NCBI GenBank assembly: GCA_963665845.2
Contig: OY762492.1
Location: forward strand, 3,685,672-3,749,671
Reading direction: 5' to 3'
From: Candidatus Poribacteria bacterium
GTDB taxonomy: Bacteria > Poribacteria > WGA-4E > GCA-2687025
Length of the DNA: 64,000 nt
Within the stretch, counting starts at the first letter, position 1. Every line of letters starts with the position of its first letter. The notes under the pieces were generated by a model that was given only the letters and a program-made list of their open reading frames with translations, had not been told where the DNA came from and ran no database searches. The position numbers and the translations under genes were made by a program. Below are positions 20,332 to 30,786 of this stretch, one piece after another.

Positions 20332-20372
20332 AACGCGCCTCCTTCGCCTTTAACCAAACAAAACCGCCCGCC

Positions 20373-21860
20373 CTACGCGGAACGCCCGACCGACTCAACC
20401 TGCGCAAACAGCCGCTTCACCTCCGGCTTCATGACCTTCCCCATCGCGTTGCGCGGCAGCGCCTCAACGACAAGCAGGCGGGACGGTACCTTATAGACGG
20501 CAAGCCGCTCCTTCGCTAAGCTGCGCAGCGTCTGCAGATTCAGTTCGGCGCCGTTTTTCAAGACAGCCGCCGCGCCGACCCGTTCGCCCCACTCCTCGTC
20601 CGGCAAGCCGACGACGGCGCATTCCTGGATCTGCGGCAGCTCCATCAGCGCGTTCTCCACCTCCAGCGCCGAGACCTTGTACCCGCCCGTTTTGACGATG
20701 TCGACCGAGCGGCGGCCGAGGATGCGGAAGCGTCCGCTTTCGTCTTGGACGGCGATGTCGCCCGTGCGGAACCAACCGTCATGGAACGCTTTTGCCGTCT
20801 CTTTCGGTCGATTCCAGTACTCCAAGAAAACGGCTTCGCCGCGCGTTTCGATCTCTCCCCCCGGCGTCAGGCGCGCCTCCATGCCCGGAAGCGGGAAGCC
20901 GACCGTCCCTGGAAGCCGCGCGCCGCGATACGGGTTGGAGAGCGCCATGCCGAATTCGGTCATGCCGTACCGTTCCAGCAGCGCCTGTCCGGAAAGGGCG
21001 CGCCATTTTTCAAACAACGCGACCGGCAGCGCCGCCGAACCTGAAACCGCCAAGCGCAGATCCCCCGCCGCTTTAGACCAGACGGCGCGCTTCTCCGTCG
21101 GCGCCGCTTCCCATGCCTGTATCAAACGGGAATAGATTGTCGGGACGCCCATGAAGATGGAGACGCCCCCCTCGGCGAGACGTTTCCAGACGGCGTCGGC
21201 GTCAAAACGCGGCAGGAACTCGCATGCCGCGCCCGAATAGAGCGCGCAGGTCAAGCCGTTCACAATGCCATGGATATGGTGAAGCGGCAGCGCGTGGAGC
21301 AGCCTGTCCGACGGCGACCATTCCCACGCTTTTATTAGACAGCGCGTTTGCGCCTCTAGGTTGCCATGCGTTGAGACGACGCCTTTCGGGCGTCCGGTCG
21401 TGCCGCTTGTGTAAAGAATCATAGCGCGCCGTTCGGGCGAAAGGCGGGGCAGATCGGCATGCGGCGCGTCCGTCAGAGGGGCGGTCAACAAGGGGAGGTT
21501 GATGTTTTGAGCGGCGCTGTTGAGACGCGCCGCTTCTTCAGCGCCGGCAATCAGCGCGGACGCCTGCGAATCGCGCGCCGCATACTCCAGCTCCGCCGGC
21601 GGATGCGTCAGCCCAAGCGGAACGGCGACCCCGCCCGCCCGCCAGATTCCCCATTGAACCGCGGCATACAGGGCGCCGGGCGGACATAAAAAGGCGACGC
21701 GCCGCTCCGCTAGATCGGAACATTCAAAAAAACGAAGCAGAGAACGCGCCGCCGACGCCGAACGTTCCAGCAGCTCGGCGTAGGCAGTCTGTCCGTCCGC
21801 GTCTTTAATGGCAAGAGCGCCGGGCGGAAAGGCGGCGGCGTTTTCAAACAGACGGCTCAT
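20373..21860 (-). CDS. AMP-dependent acyl-CoA synthetase/ligase
   Basis: Motifs ILYTSGTTGRPKGVV, YGMTE, GWFRTGDIA and GKVMK. The ATG at 21860 (MSRLFENAA…) avoids an overlap with the upstream gene. Confidence 0.85.
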   Translation of the reverse strand: MSRLFENAAAFPPGALAIKDADGQTAYAELLERSASAARSLLRFFECSDLAERRVAFLCPPGALYAAVQWGIWRAGGVAVPLGLTHPPAELEYAARDSQASALIAGAEEAARLNSAAQNINLPLLTAPLTDAPHADLPRLSPERRAMILYTSGTTGRPKGVVSTHGNLEAQTRCLIKAWEWSPSDRLLHALPLHHIHGIVNGLTCALYSGAACEFLPRFDADAVWKRLAEGGVSIFMGVPTIYSRLIQAWEAAPTEKRAVWSKAAGDLRLAVSGSAALPVALFEKWRALSGQALLERYGMTEFGMALSNPYRGARLPGTVGFPLPGMEARLTPGGEIETRGEAVFLEYWNRPKETAKAFHDGWFRTGDIAVQDESGRFRILGRRSVDIVKTGGYKVSALEVENALMELPQIQECAVVGLPDEEWGERVGAAAVLKNGAELNLQTLRSLAKERLAVYKVPSRLLVVEALPRNAMGKVMKPEVKRLFAQVESVGRSA

Positions 21861-21864
21861 CGGG

Positions 21865-23064
21865 CTAATACCGGTGCATCGTCCCGTCGGAACGGCGGAC
21901 GATGGGCATATAGGCGCGTTTGTAAGGATATTTGGCGGCTTCTTTTTCGTCGATGTCCATGCCGAGTCCGGGCTTCTCATGCGGGTAAGCGTAACCGTCT
22001 CTCCAGGCGCATGGCTCTCCGATCACACCGCGCAGCCTCTCATGTCCAGGGGCGTTGAAGTCAATCCACTCTTGAACGCCGAAGTTATGGATAGCGGTTT
22101 GGAGATGGAGCGAGGCGGCTTGCCCGACAGGTCCGATGTCCGCGGCGCCGTGGAACGCGGAGCGTATCTGCGCAGGTTCGGCGAGCGTCATGATCTTGCG
22201 CGCCTCGGTGATGCCGCCGACATGAATCGGCTTGATGCGTATGTAATCGATCAGCTGCTCTTGAAAAAGGCGGATGCAGTCCCACTTGGAGGTGAAGATT
22301 TCGCCGATGGCAAGCGGCGTCGTGGAAGCGGCGCGGACGACGCGGAAGCTCTCGTAATGCTCAGGCGGCAGCGCATCTTCTAAAAAGAAAAGGCGGTGCG
22401 GCTCCAGCTGTTTCGCCAGCCATGCGGCTTGAATCGGCGTCAGCTGTTCGTGTACATCATGGAGAAGTTCGACCGTATCGCCCAGCGCCTTGCGCAGATG
22501 TTCAAACAGCTTTGGAACCTCCGCGAGATACGGCGCGGGTTCAAAATAGGAGGCGCCGGGGACGCCTGGGCGGGGAGACGGCTCGCTGCGAACGTTGCCG
22601 CTTCCGCCGTAGGCTCCCATCTGCGCGCGGATGACGCGGTAGCCGCGCTCCTGAAAGGCGCGGACGCTGTCGGCAACCTGTTCGGGCGAGCTGCCGCCGG
22701 CGTGTCCGTAGGTCAGAACGCCGTCGCGCGATTTGCCGCCGAGGAGCTGGTAGACCGGCATATTCGCCGCCTTGCCTTTCAGATCCCACAGGGCGGTGTC
22801 GATGGCGCCGAGAGCCGCCATGAAGACCGGACCGCCGCGCCAGTAGCTCCAGTTGTAGATCAGCTGCCACAGGTCTTCGGTCTTGAGCGGGTCTTGTCCG
22901 ATGAGCAGCTCGGCGGCATGCTGCGCGGCGGTTGCGACGGCAAGCTCGCTGCCGTTCAGCGTCCCTTCGCCGACGCCGTAGAGTCCGTCGTCTGCGACGA
23001 TTTTGACGAACAGGTAGTTGCGCGTTGGACATGTGAGTATGACGCGGACTTCTGCGATCTTCAT
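21865..23064 (-). CDS. enolase-superfamily dehydratase, D-mannonate/galactonate dehydratase (ManD)-like
   Basis: MKIAEVRVILTCPTRNYLFVKIVADDGLYGVGEGTLNGSELAVA… is the typical ManD-subgroup N-terminus. The ATG is at 23064, and the track ORF extends spuriously into the repeat region. Confidence 0.8.
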   Translation of the reverse strand: MKIAEVRVILTCPTRNYLFVKIVADDGLYGVGEGTLNGSELAVATAAQHAAELLIGQDPLKTEDLWQLIYNWSYWRGGPVFMAALGAIDTALWDLKGKAANMPVYQLLGGKSRDGVLTYGHAGGSSPEQVADSVRAFQERGYRVIRAQMGAYGGSGNVRSEPSPRPGVPGASYFEPAPYLAEVPKLFEHLRKALGDTVELLHDVHEQLTPIQAAWLAKQLEPHRLFFLEDALPPEHYESFRVVRAASTTPLAIGEIFTSKWDCIRLFQEQLIDYIRIKPIHVGGITEARKIMTLAEPAQIRSAFHGAADIGPVGQAASLHLQTAIHNFGVQEWIDFNAPGHERLRGVIGEPCAWRDGYAYPHEKPGLGMDIDEKEAAKYPYKRAYMPIVRRSDGTMHRY

Positions 23065-23181
23065 CGCGGCTCCCTTGCGCGCGGGTTGCTTTGCCGTTCG
23101 TTTTGTTAAAGGTAACGTAGCGTACAGCCGCCTCCCGCGCAACAGGCGGCTGCCTCTATAGACGGCGATGCGCGAAATAAC

Positions 23182-23335
23182 CGACCTTGTGTCTTTAGTT
23201 GGGGCATGCCGGCGGGCGGACGCGGACGGTTTCTGCCGCGCCTCTAGATTCGCGCGCATTACATTTTACCGCAAGGGCAAGGGCGGGGACGACCCCGTTT
23301 TCACGGGGGCAGGCTATGGGGCGCGGAAATGACGA
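23182..23335 (+). repeat. composite intergenic repeat (75-nt module + degenerate hairpins)
   Basis: CGACCTTGTGTCTTTAGTTGGGGCATGCCGGCGGGCGGACGCGGACGGTTTCTGCCGCGCCTCTAGATTC… plus CCCCGTTTTCACGGGG. Confidence 0.8.
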
Positions 23336-23345
23336 CCTTGGGCGG

Positions 23346-24197
23346 CTAATTCATCGCCCGAATATGCTTGCGGAGGGGCGCCATCCCCGCCAGCATTCCG
23401 ACAAGCGTCGCGCCCGCCGCCACGATTCCCATCTGCTCTGGCTCTAAAAACGATGTGAAGCCGACCGACTCTCCGTACTGCCAGTAAAGCCCGTACAAGA
23501 GCAGCAAGCCCAGCCCGCTCCCGAACAGCCCCTCCAGCAAACCCTGCAGCAGCAGCGGAATGCGGATATAGCCGTAGGTCGCGCCGAGGAGGCGCAGAAT
23601 TGCGATCTCCTCCCGACGCGCGTAGACGGTCAGCATGATCGAAAACGCGATGACGACCATCGAAACGGCGGCAATCAAGCCGCCCAGCAGAAACGCGACC
23701 CGCTTCATCTTGTCCAGCTGCTCCATCGCCTCGTTTTCAAAGACCACATCCTCGACGCCTTCCAGCTGTTTCAGCTCCTTCACTATTTCGCGCATCGATT
23801 CGGCGTTTCGGTACTCCTCGCCGGCAAACGCTTCAATCGCGACAGGGAACGGGTTTTCTTCAAACCCTTGGATCATCAGGGCGGTGTCGTTTCCGAACAT
23901 CTCTTGGCTTCTCTTGAGAGCCTCGTCTTTCCAGACGATATGCGTTCGTTCGACCGATTCCATCGCCAGGATCGTCTTTTCCAGCTGCTGTATCTGCTCT
24001 TCGGAGAGTTCGTCCAGGATGAAGGCGGCGGCCCCCGCGTTCTCTTCAAACTGCGCCATGTCCGCATAAACGGCGTTCCGCACCAAATAGAGCGAACTGA
24101 AAAGCGCCGCGGTGAGCGCGACGATGACGACCGCCAGCAGGCTCACGACGCCGCCATGGCGCACATTTAACAATGCCTCGCGGAAGAGCCGCATCAT
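23346..24197 (-). CDS. ftsX: cell-division ABC transporter permease-like protein FtsX
   Basis: MMRLFREALLNVRHGG…, 4 TM helices with a large first extracytoplasmic loop, and a 4-nt overlap with ftsE. Confidence 0.8.
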   Translation of the reverse strand: MMRLFREALLNVRHGGVVSLLAVVIVALTAALFSSLYLVRNAVYADMAQFEENAGAAAFILDELSEEQIQQLEKTILAMESVERTHIVWKDEALKRSQEMFGNDTALMIQGFEENPFPVAIEAFAGEEYRNAESMREIVKELKQLEGVEDVVFENEAMEQLDKMKRVAFLLGGLIAAVSMVVIAFSIMLTVYARREEIAILRLLGATYGYIRIPLLLQGLLEGLFGSGLGLLLLYGLYWQYGESVGFTSFLEPEQMGIVAAGATLVGMLAGMAPLRKHIRAMN

Positions 24198-24907
24198 CCG
24201 TTGTCCTCAATCACGCGCCGCCGTTCAATGCGCAGGATTGGCTGGCGCCTTGCAGCCGCCATCGCCGCGTCATGCGTCGCCACGACGACGGTCGTTCCTC
24301 TAAAATTAAACTTTTCAAACAGGTCCAGTATCTCCGTCGACATGCGCGGGTCTAGGTTGCCGGTCGGCTCGTCCGCAAGCAGAACGTTCGGTTCGTTCAC
24401 CATGGCGCGGGCGATGCTGACGCGCTGCTGCTCCCCGCCGGAGATTTCGCTTGGGTAGGCGTCTCTGCGGTGCGCGAGGCCGACGCGCGGGATGATCTCG
24501 TCCACTTTCTGCCGTATCGTTCGGTTGGAGGCGCCGGTAACGCGGAGAGCGAGCGCGATGTTTTCAAAGACGGTTCGGCGCGGAAGCAGTTTGAAATCTT
24601 GAAAGATGAAACTCACCTCCCGCCGGTAATGCGCCATGCGCCGTCCGCGCATGTTGCGCAGGTTGACGCGCCCATAAAAGACGGCTCCTTCGGCAGGGCG
24701 TATGTCGCCGAACAGCAGGCGGAGCAGCGTCGTTTTGCCGGAGCCGCTCGGACCGAGGAGAAACACAAAACTGCCGCTCTCGATCGTAAAGGAGGCGCGC
24801 TGGATGACCGCTTCTCGGTTGCCGAAGCGCGCCGTCGCCTCTTTCGCTTCCAGAATCGGAACGCCGCTCTCGCCGGCGGGGTTGTGTATCGGTTGGGTCG
24901 TATGCAT
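24194..24907 (-). CDS. ftsE: cell-division ATP-binding protein FtsE
   Basis: Walker A GPSGSGKTT, signature ISGGEQQRVSIARA and Walker B LLADEPTGNLD. Confidence 0.85.
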   Translation of the reverse strand: MHTTQPIHNPAGESGVPILEAKEATARFGNREAVIQRASFTIESGSFVFLLGPSGSGKTTLLRLLFGDIRPAEGAVFYGRVNLRNMRGRRMAHYRREVSFIFQDFKLLPRRTVFENIALALRVTGASNRTIRQKVDEIIPRVGLAHRRDAYPSEISGGEQQRVSIARAMVNEPNVLLADEPTGNLDPRMSTEILDLFEKFNFRGTTVVVATHDAAMAAARRQPILRIERRRVIEDNG

Positions 24908-24921
24908 GAACTCTCCGCCGT

Positions 24922-25554
24922 CTACAACGTTTTCCAGCCGACAATCAGTCCGTCCCGAATCGGAATGAGCGAGCAGGCGAAGTCGGGGTCGCTGTATAGA
25001 AGGCGCGTGATCTCGCGCACGCCGCGCGTCATGTCGTCGTTCACATTCTCGTCCCAGGCGCGCCCGCGCCAGAGCATGTTGTCGACGATCGCCAAGCCGC
25101 CGGGGCGCAGTTTCGCCTTTAAGACCTCATAAGAGGCGGGGTAGCCGTCCTTGTCGATGTCGTTGAAGACGATGTCGAAGGGTCCGTCGGCGCCGCGGAG
25201 CGCGTCGACCGCTTCGCCGACCGTGTACTCGACGCAGTCGTTCAGTTCCATGCGGGAGAGGTACGCCCGCGCCTTTGCGGACAGCTCATCGTCCCAGACG
25301 ACGTGGTGGACCGTTCCGCCGCCGTTGTCGCGCACCGCTTTTGCGAACCAGGCGGTGGAGTAGCCGTATCCGCTGCCCATTTCAAACACTTTTTTGGCGC
25401 CGACTGCCCGCGCGAGCATGTAGCAGAGCTGCCCCGCCGCCGGCCCGATGATCGGAAATCGGCGCCGTCTCGCCTCCGCCTCCATCTCCTGCAGGACCGG
25501 GTCCCCATGTTCAGCCAGCGACGCCAAATAATCGTTCACCTCTAGAAAGTCCAT
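24922..25554 (-). CDS. class I SAM-dependent O-methyltransferase (caffeoyl-CoA OMT-like)
   Basis: MDFLEVNDYLASL…, motif I VFEMGSGYGYST, and FNDIDKDGYP. The ATG is at 25554, and the 116-codon upstream extension in the track is Arg-rich junk. Confidence 0.75.
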   Translation of the reverse strand: MDFLEVNDYLASLAEHGDPVLQEMEAEARRRRFPIIGPAAGQLCYMLARAVGAKKVFEMGSGYGYSTAWFAKAVRDNGGGTVHHVVWDDELSAKARAYLSRMELNDCVEYTVGEAVDALRGADGPFDIVFNDIDKDGYPASYEVLKAKLRPGGLAIVDNMLWRGRAWDENVNDDMTRGVREITRLLYSDPDFACSLIPIRDGLIVGWKTL

Positions 25555-25601
25555 GCCCGCTCCTCTTCTTTTCTCTTGCGGTTCCGTTGCGCCATAATGC
25601 G

Positions 25602-26357
25602 TCAATTGCGTTTCAGCGCGCCCCATGCGGCGGCGGCTTTGCCTCTCGGCGAGACAGACAGCGGCAGCGGTCCAAACTCCATCACCGCGCGTACTTCCTC
25701 TTCGGTGAGGCCGCGCTTCCACAGGTTCAGATCGTCCATCCATCCGTTGAAGGGGCGGTTGTTGTCGATGTTGTATCCGACGCGGGCGCCCATGCCCCAG
25801 TCTTTGGCAATCAGCCCGTTTGCGGCTTGCCTGCCGACTATTTCGCCGTTGATGTAGAGGGCGGCTTGGCTGCCGTTGTAGGTTCCGGCGTAGTGAACCC
25901 ATTCGTCCGCTTTGGCGACGCCGCCGCGTATGTCGAAGATGAGGTTTCCGCCGTCGCCGCGGAGGAGCCAGCGGTAGTTGCCATCGCCGCGTATTTCAGG
26001 GTGGACGAGCCAGGTACCGTCGCTTGCGCGGGCGTTGAAGATGGCTTGGTCGGCGACCGCTTTCACATGCGCCCATGCCGAGACGGTCATGCCGTCGCGC
26101 GGCGTCAGCTCTTCCGGCCAGTTTTCGCCGTCCAGGTCGATGTAGCTGCCCTGTTCAAAATGCGCGGCGTTTCCGCGTTCGCCGTCATGCTCAAGGGACA
26201 CGTTTCCTTCGACGACGCCGTTTCGCGCGTTGCCGGACATGTCTATTGCCGTCGCGCCGTCAAAATCTTCGTAATCAAAATAGAGAATGAGATCGGGGTC
26301 CTGCGCCAACGCAAACATGGCGCACGCCCAAACTGCCGTCCATAACGCAACCCGCAT
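25602..26357 (-). CDS. secreted LamG (concanavalin-A-like lectin) domain protein
   Basis: Signal peptide MRVALWTAVWACAMFALA. Motifs …DMSGNARNGVVEGNV… and FNGWMDDLNLWKRGLTEEEV are typical of Laminin_G_3. Confidence 0.75.
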   Translation of the reverse strand: MRVALWTAVWACAMFALAQDPDLILYFDYEDFDGATAIDMSGNARNGVVEGNVSLEHDGERGNAAHFEQGSYIDLDGENWPEELTPRDGMTVSAWAHVKAVADQAIFNARASDGTWLVHPEIRGDGNYRWLLRGDGGNLIFDIRGGVAKADEWVHYAGTYNGSQAALYINGEIVGRQAANGLIAKDWGMGARVGYNIDNNRPFNGWMDDLNLWKRGLTEEEVRAVMEFGPLPLSVSPRGKAAAAWGALKRN

Positions 26358-26430
26358 GCGACTCCTCCTGTTGATGCCTGGCTCTATTCTAACGCATTCC
26401 GCGCAAAAATGCAGCGTTTAGGTTTGGACG

Positions 26431-26578
26431 GGCAGTACGTTCATACGGGATATTCGCGCCGCCGCGTCCGATTCCCCCTTGAAAAGGGGCTAGGGAGGTT
26501 TTCGGGCGGGATGACGGTTTTGCCGGGCGCGGACAGTTTCTGCGGCGCCTCTAGATTCCCGCTTGCGCGGGCATGACG
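26431..26578. repeat. intergenic repeat cluster
   Basis: Contains a GGCAGTACGTTCATACG module, a G/C hairpin (CCCCCTTGAAAAGGGG), a 75-nt module fragment and ATTCCCGCTTGCGCGGGCATGACG. Confidence 0.8.
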
Positions 26579-26584
26579 AGATCG

Positions 26585-29500
26585 TTAGACGGCAAGCGAA
26601 CCGTCAGGCCGCCGCTTGCTGCCGCGGACAGAAGGCTCCGCAGCCCACTTCGCCGACAGCCCCCGCACCGCCTCATAAACCGCCGCCTCAAAACCAAGCA
26701 GCTCGCATACCACAGCGCGATCCAGAGCGGCGCGCGACGAATCCAAGTCGGCGATATACGCAGGCTGGAACTCCACCTCGCGGAAGTCATTGAAGATATG
26801 CTCAGCGCGCGACAGCTGATCGTCCGACAAGGCGCGCAGGTCTAGCGTCGGGAGCGATTCAAGCGCGCGGATCGTAATGCGCCCTCGCCCTGGCTGCTGA
26901 CGGCTGGATCGCCACCAGTGCATGAGCAGACCAAGGGCGCTGTTGCCCCATAATGCAAACGCGAAATCAAATCGATTGTTTTCGAAACGAATGCTTTTCC
27001 ATGCGCTTCCGCCTATCGCTATTCGCTCTGTAAATGCGACAGATAACGGTTGTGAGTTGTATCGAAAGTCCTCATTGTGGTGGCATCGGCTAGCGGTTGC
27101 CGCTTTTCTCTTTGCCTGCTTCTCCATGCCTTGCCGCGCATGCAGTTGTGAATCCGGTTCGCAGACGATCTTCGTTTCTTTCTTGGCGTCATGACTCCAA
27201 AGAGAAGGATATGTCGCTGTCGGGCTGGGGCGGTCTTTAATGAAAGGGCCTCTAGGCGGAGGGTCTGTCAAATCCCGGTGCGGTAGTCCTCGACTGGCGA
27301 TTTGATTAAGCGGAACCATCGGAATTTCAATCGGGTCAAGAAGGCCCGGCAGCCATAGGCTAGAATTCGTCAGCGCATAAGCGGCTTGCGCAACAGAATA
27401 ATCCACAATGCGCGGGACTTCCCAGTTGCCGCCGTCAGCATGAATCGGCGCGGTCAGCATATCCCCTTCTCGGTCATTTCCGACCGTTACAGGCGACCCG
27501 CCGAAAGGGCCATCCTCCAGACGCCGAACAGAGTTCGCTGATTCAACCCGCTTCGCAACTTCAGCAGCATGCGCTAAATTCTGCGGCCGTCGGCGTAAAG
27601 AGGTGAAGCGCGCCGAATTTTCACCGGGGGGGGGGGGTACCTTTTAGATCTGGCATGTTTTTTGCTAGCGACAATTAAACATTCCGCCATGCCTGTATCT
27701 GCCGAAAAAGAAACCTCGTCCGTTTTCGGAGCGGCGATGCTCAGAATGTCAATACCGGTATAATTGCTTGCCAGCATTGCCCGCATTTTTTTCCATGATT
27801 GTCCAGAAACGGCGGTCAACGGCAGAACCAGCGCCATGACGCCGCCCGGCTTCAGTTTTATATCGCCCAATGCCGCAAATGCCGAGGCGATGCCCGCATT
27901 TCTAAAATAGCAGGTGTCTCTCTTGAATCTGTTCATCCGATCCCACATCTCCTTTTGCTCTTCAGCGGACGCTTCGAAGGCGGCAAAGGTTCCCGCCCGT
28001 GTGAACGGCGGATTCATAATCACAAGGTCGAACGACTCATCTTTGATCTCAACGTTGATCTGCGCCGCCGTTTCTTCGCCATGCCTGCCGGTGCGTTTTG
28101 CCGGGTCGGTGGTGTTGAACAGCGTCATGACGCTGCTGAGCGTCAGCAGTTCCAGCGAGCCGAGTTTGACCGTGTTGTCCTCCTGCCGTCCATACGGCAT
28201 CGTATAGACGCGCGAGTCTTTGTAATCGATGTCGGGTCGGGCGCCGGAGAGGGTCGCGCTGGCGATATGCGCGGCGGACGGCATGACGTCGGCGCCGTGC
28301 AGAACCTTCTCCATCATGATCGGATGCAGGTCGTCCAGCGTTCCGCCCGCGCGTTCGTGGAGCGCCGCGATCTGATCGTAGACGGCGGAGAGCAAGGCGC
28401 CGGTTCCGCATGCGAAGTCGGCGATCTTGAGCCGTTCAATCGATTCGCGGTATTGCCAATGAACGCCGCGCATTTTGGAGACGGCGAGACGCGCGAGCAG
28501 GGCGGCGGAATGCGGCCGCGTGTAGAAGGTGGCGAGATATTTGCGGTCGGAGATGAGACGCTGAAAGACGCGCCCCGTCAGCTCATGCGCGTTCGTGATA
28601 TGCGCTCCGATGGCGGCGCGCCGCAGCGTCCATAGAACTTCCCTTGCGAGGTCGGACGGCAGCTGCGCCAGGATGTCGGTTGCAACCGCGAAGATCGGGT
28701 AGTAGTTGATCTCAAGTATTTCGTCCCACACCTCTAGTACTTCGCCTTGCGGGTCCAGTACGGCGCGTCCGCAGACGACCGCGAGCGGACGGATGGACCG
28801 ATGCATGCCGGCGATGCGTTCATGGAACGTGAGCGCGTTGGCGAGGATGGCGCATGCCATGCGTCGCGTTTGCGGGACGTTCGACATGCCGAGCAGGCGC
28901 GCAATCTCTTTGGAGTTTTCGGGCCGCATTTCGGAGTCGGCGTCCAGCAGGAGCGCCGCTTGTTCAATGCCGTTTTCTAGAGCCTCGGCGGCTCTGTCCA
29001 CCTCCTTTTGCGGGATGGAGATCATGCGTATCAGATCGGACAGGTCGTCGATGGAGCCTTCGAGCCAGCCTGTTTCAGGGAAGCGCGCCGCTTCGTCCAT
29101 GGCGCTTTGACCGCCGCCGCGTCCGCTGTCTTGAAAGAAGCAGTAGGAGAGGCGCGCGTTTTGGAGTTCCGCTTCGATGCTGCCGGCATGTTCCAGCGGT
29201 TTTGGGTAACGCAGCGCGACGACCGCTTCGACAGGTCTTGTTTGCTTTTCCAGTTCCAGTCCGAGCCTCTGTTTCGCTTCCTGTTCGACGCTGTTTGCGG
29301 GTTCGTATTCCGCTTCGATGATGACGGGGGAGCGCCCTGGCGCCGTGACGAGTATGTCCGGTTTTAGCCCTCTGCTTTCTCGGACGACGCTTGTATTTTC
29401 GGCGCGTATGCCGCTTTCTGGCGCCATGCCGCTTAGGATGTCCGCCAGATGGACGTTCAGGCTCGATTCGTCGTGATGCGCCAATAGGTTCTCCGTTTGC

Positions 29501-29622
29501 GTTTGCCGGTTTAGTATGGCGCGTTTGGGCAGTTTCGTCAAGAGCGGCGCGCCTGATTCCCGCCCGCGTTCATATGCCGACATGTTCCAACAGGTATGTT
29601 GCATGGGCGGCGCGTTTAGCAT
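26585..29622 (-). pseudogene. fused N6-adenine DNA methyltransferase (Type IIG-like), reading frame split at a G12/C12 homopolymer
   Basis: The upstream ORF (to 27574) carries motif I ADFACGTGALL and motif IV VIMNPPFT. The downstream ORF (26585-27460) continues in the frame reached by +1 C in the tract, with no stop in the 165 nt between. The N-terminal KPDILV…VIIEAEYEP may be a PD-(D/E)xK remnant. Start at 29622 or 29583. Confidence 0.7.
27626..27637. repeat. homopolymer G12 (C12 on the coding strand) inside the methyltransferase gene
   Basis: Counted directly: tcacc-GGGGGGGGGGGG-tacc. Confidence 0.95.
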
Positions 29623-29667
29623 ACAATTGAAGCGTTGGACGCAAAGACGCATCGAAAGGAGCGGCGC

Positions 29668-30786
29668 TTGGCGGAAATCCGCATGGAAGGGCTGCGCAAA
29701 ACATACCGCGGCAAAACGGCGCTGGACGGCGTGGACCTTCATATCGAAGACGGCGAATTCTTTGGGCTGTTCGGACCGTCCGGCGCCGGGAAAACCTCCC
29801 TGCTGCGCTGCGTCGCCGGGCTTGAAACGCCCGACGAAGGGCGCATTCTCATCGACGGCGAGGATGTGTCCGACCTGCCGCCCTCCGAGCGCGGAGCCGC
29901 GATGGTGTTTGAATCGTACGCCCTGTATCCGCATCTCACCGTCTGGGAAAATATCGCGTATCCGCTGCGCGAACGCAAAATGGAACCGAACGTCGTCCAA
30001 CGGCGCGTCGAAGAGACCGCCGAACGACTCGGCGTCTCCCACACCCTGGACAGACGCCCGCAGACGCTCAGCGGCGGCGAAATGCAGCGCGTCGCCATCG
30101 GGAGGGCGATCGCGCGCGAGGCGCGGGCGTACCTGCTGGATGAGCCGCTCTCGCACCTAGACGCCCAGCTGCGCGAGCAGATGCGCGCCGAACTGAAACG
30201 GCTCCATCGGCAGATGGGCGCCTCGTTTCTCTACGCGACGCCCGACCAGCTGGAAGCGATGACGCTGCCCGACCGCATCGCCGCGCTGGACGGCGGAAAG
30301 GTCGCCCAGTGCGGACCGCCGCTGGAGCTGTATGATCGGCCGTCGCATGCGTTTGTGGCGCGCTGTCTGGGCGATCCGCCGATGAATCTGATGGCGGGGC
30401 ATGTTGACGGAGAGGGTTTTTTCACAGCGGAGAGCGTTGAAATGCAGCCGCTGCATGTTGAGGCGCCGCCGGGGCCGGCTTTGCTGGGCGCGCGCCCTGA
30501 GGCGTTGACATTGAGCGTTGAGGCGGAGCCGCATGACTCGCATGACCCTGGGCGCGTCTCCTTTACGGCGCGCGTCTTTGCGGCGGAGATGCGCGGAGAT
30601 TACGCTGTCGTCGCGTTGACCGCGGGAGAGGAGCGCATCCAGGCGGTCGCGGCGGAACGGCCGAGCGCCTATCGATACGACGAGAAGAGAATCGTTTCAT
30701 TTTTAAAAAAGAACGCGTACTTGATCAATCCAGCGACCGACTCGGTCGTCAGCTTACAAGCTCACACGGAAGGAAATGTTGAATGA
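29668..30786 (+). CDS. ABC transporter ATP-binding protein, MalK/UgpC-type (sugar import)
   Basis: Walker A GPSGAGKTS, signature LSGGEMQRVAIGRA, Walker B LLDEPLSHLD, and a C-terminal regulatory domain. The TTG at 29668 is preceded by AAGGAG (29656-29661). Confidence 0.85.
   Translation: MAEIRMEGLRKTYRGKTALDGVDLHIEDGEFFGLFGPSGAGKTSLLRCVAGLETPDEGRILIDGEDVSDLPPSERGAAMVFESYALYPHLTVWENIAYPLRERKMEPNVVQRRVEETAERLGVSHTLDRRPQTLSGGEMQRVAIGRAIAREARAYLLDEPLSHLDAQLREQMRAELKRLHRQMGASFLYATPDQLEAMTLPDRIAALDGGKVAQCGPPLELYDRPSHAFVARCLGDPPMNLMAGHVDGEGFFTAESVEMQPLHVEAPPGPALLGARPEALTLSVEAEPHDSHDPGRVSFTARVFAAEMRGDYAVVALTAGEERIQAVAAERPSAYRYDEKRIVSFLKKNAYLINPATDSVVSLQAHTEGNVE

Noticed and set aside
26585-29622. The large methyltransferase as PglX of a BREX system or part of another multi-gene defence locus.
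   Set aside because: No PglZ, BrxC, BrxL, helicase or other partner genes flank it. The neighbours are a LamG gene and an ABC operon.
29623-30156. N-terminal 178 codons of track ORF 27574-30156, which would make an 860-aa product.
   Set aside because: This part is antisense to the Walker-A/signature region of the ABC ATPase gene and has shadow-frame composition. The methyltransferase more plausibly starts at the ATG at 29622 or 29583.
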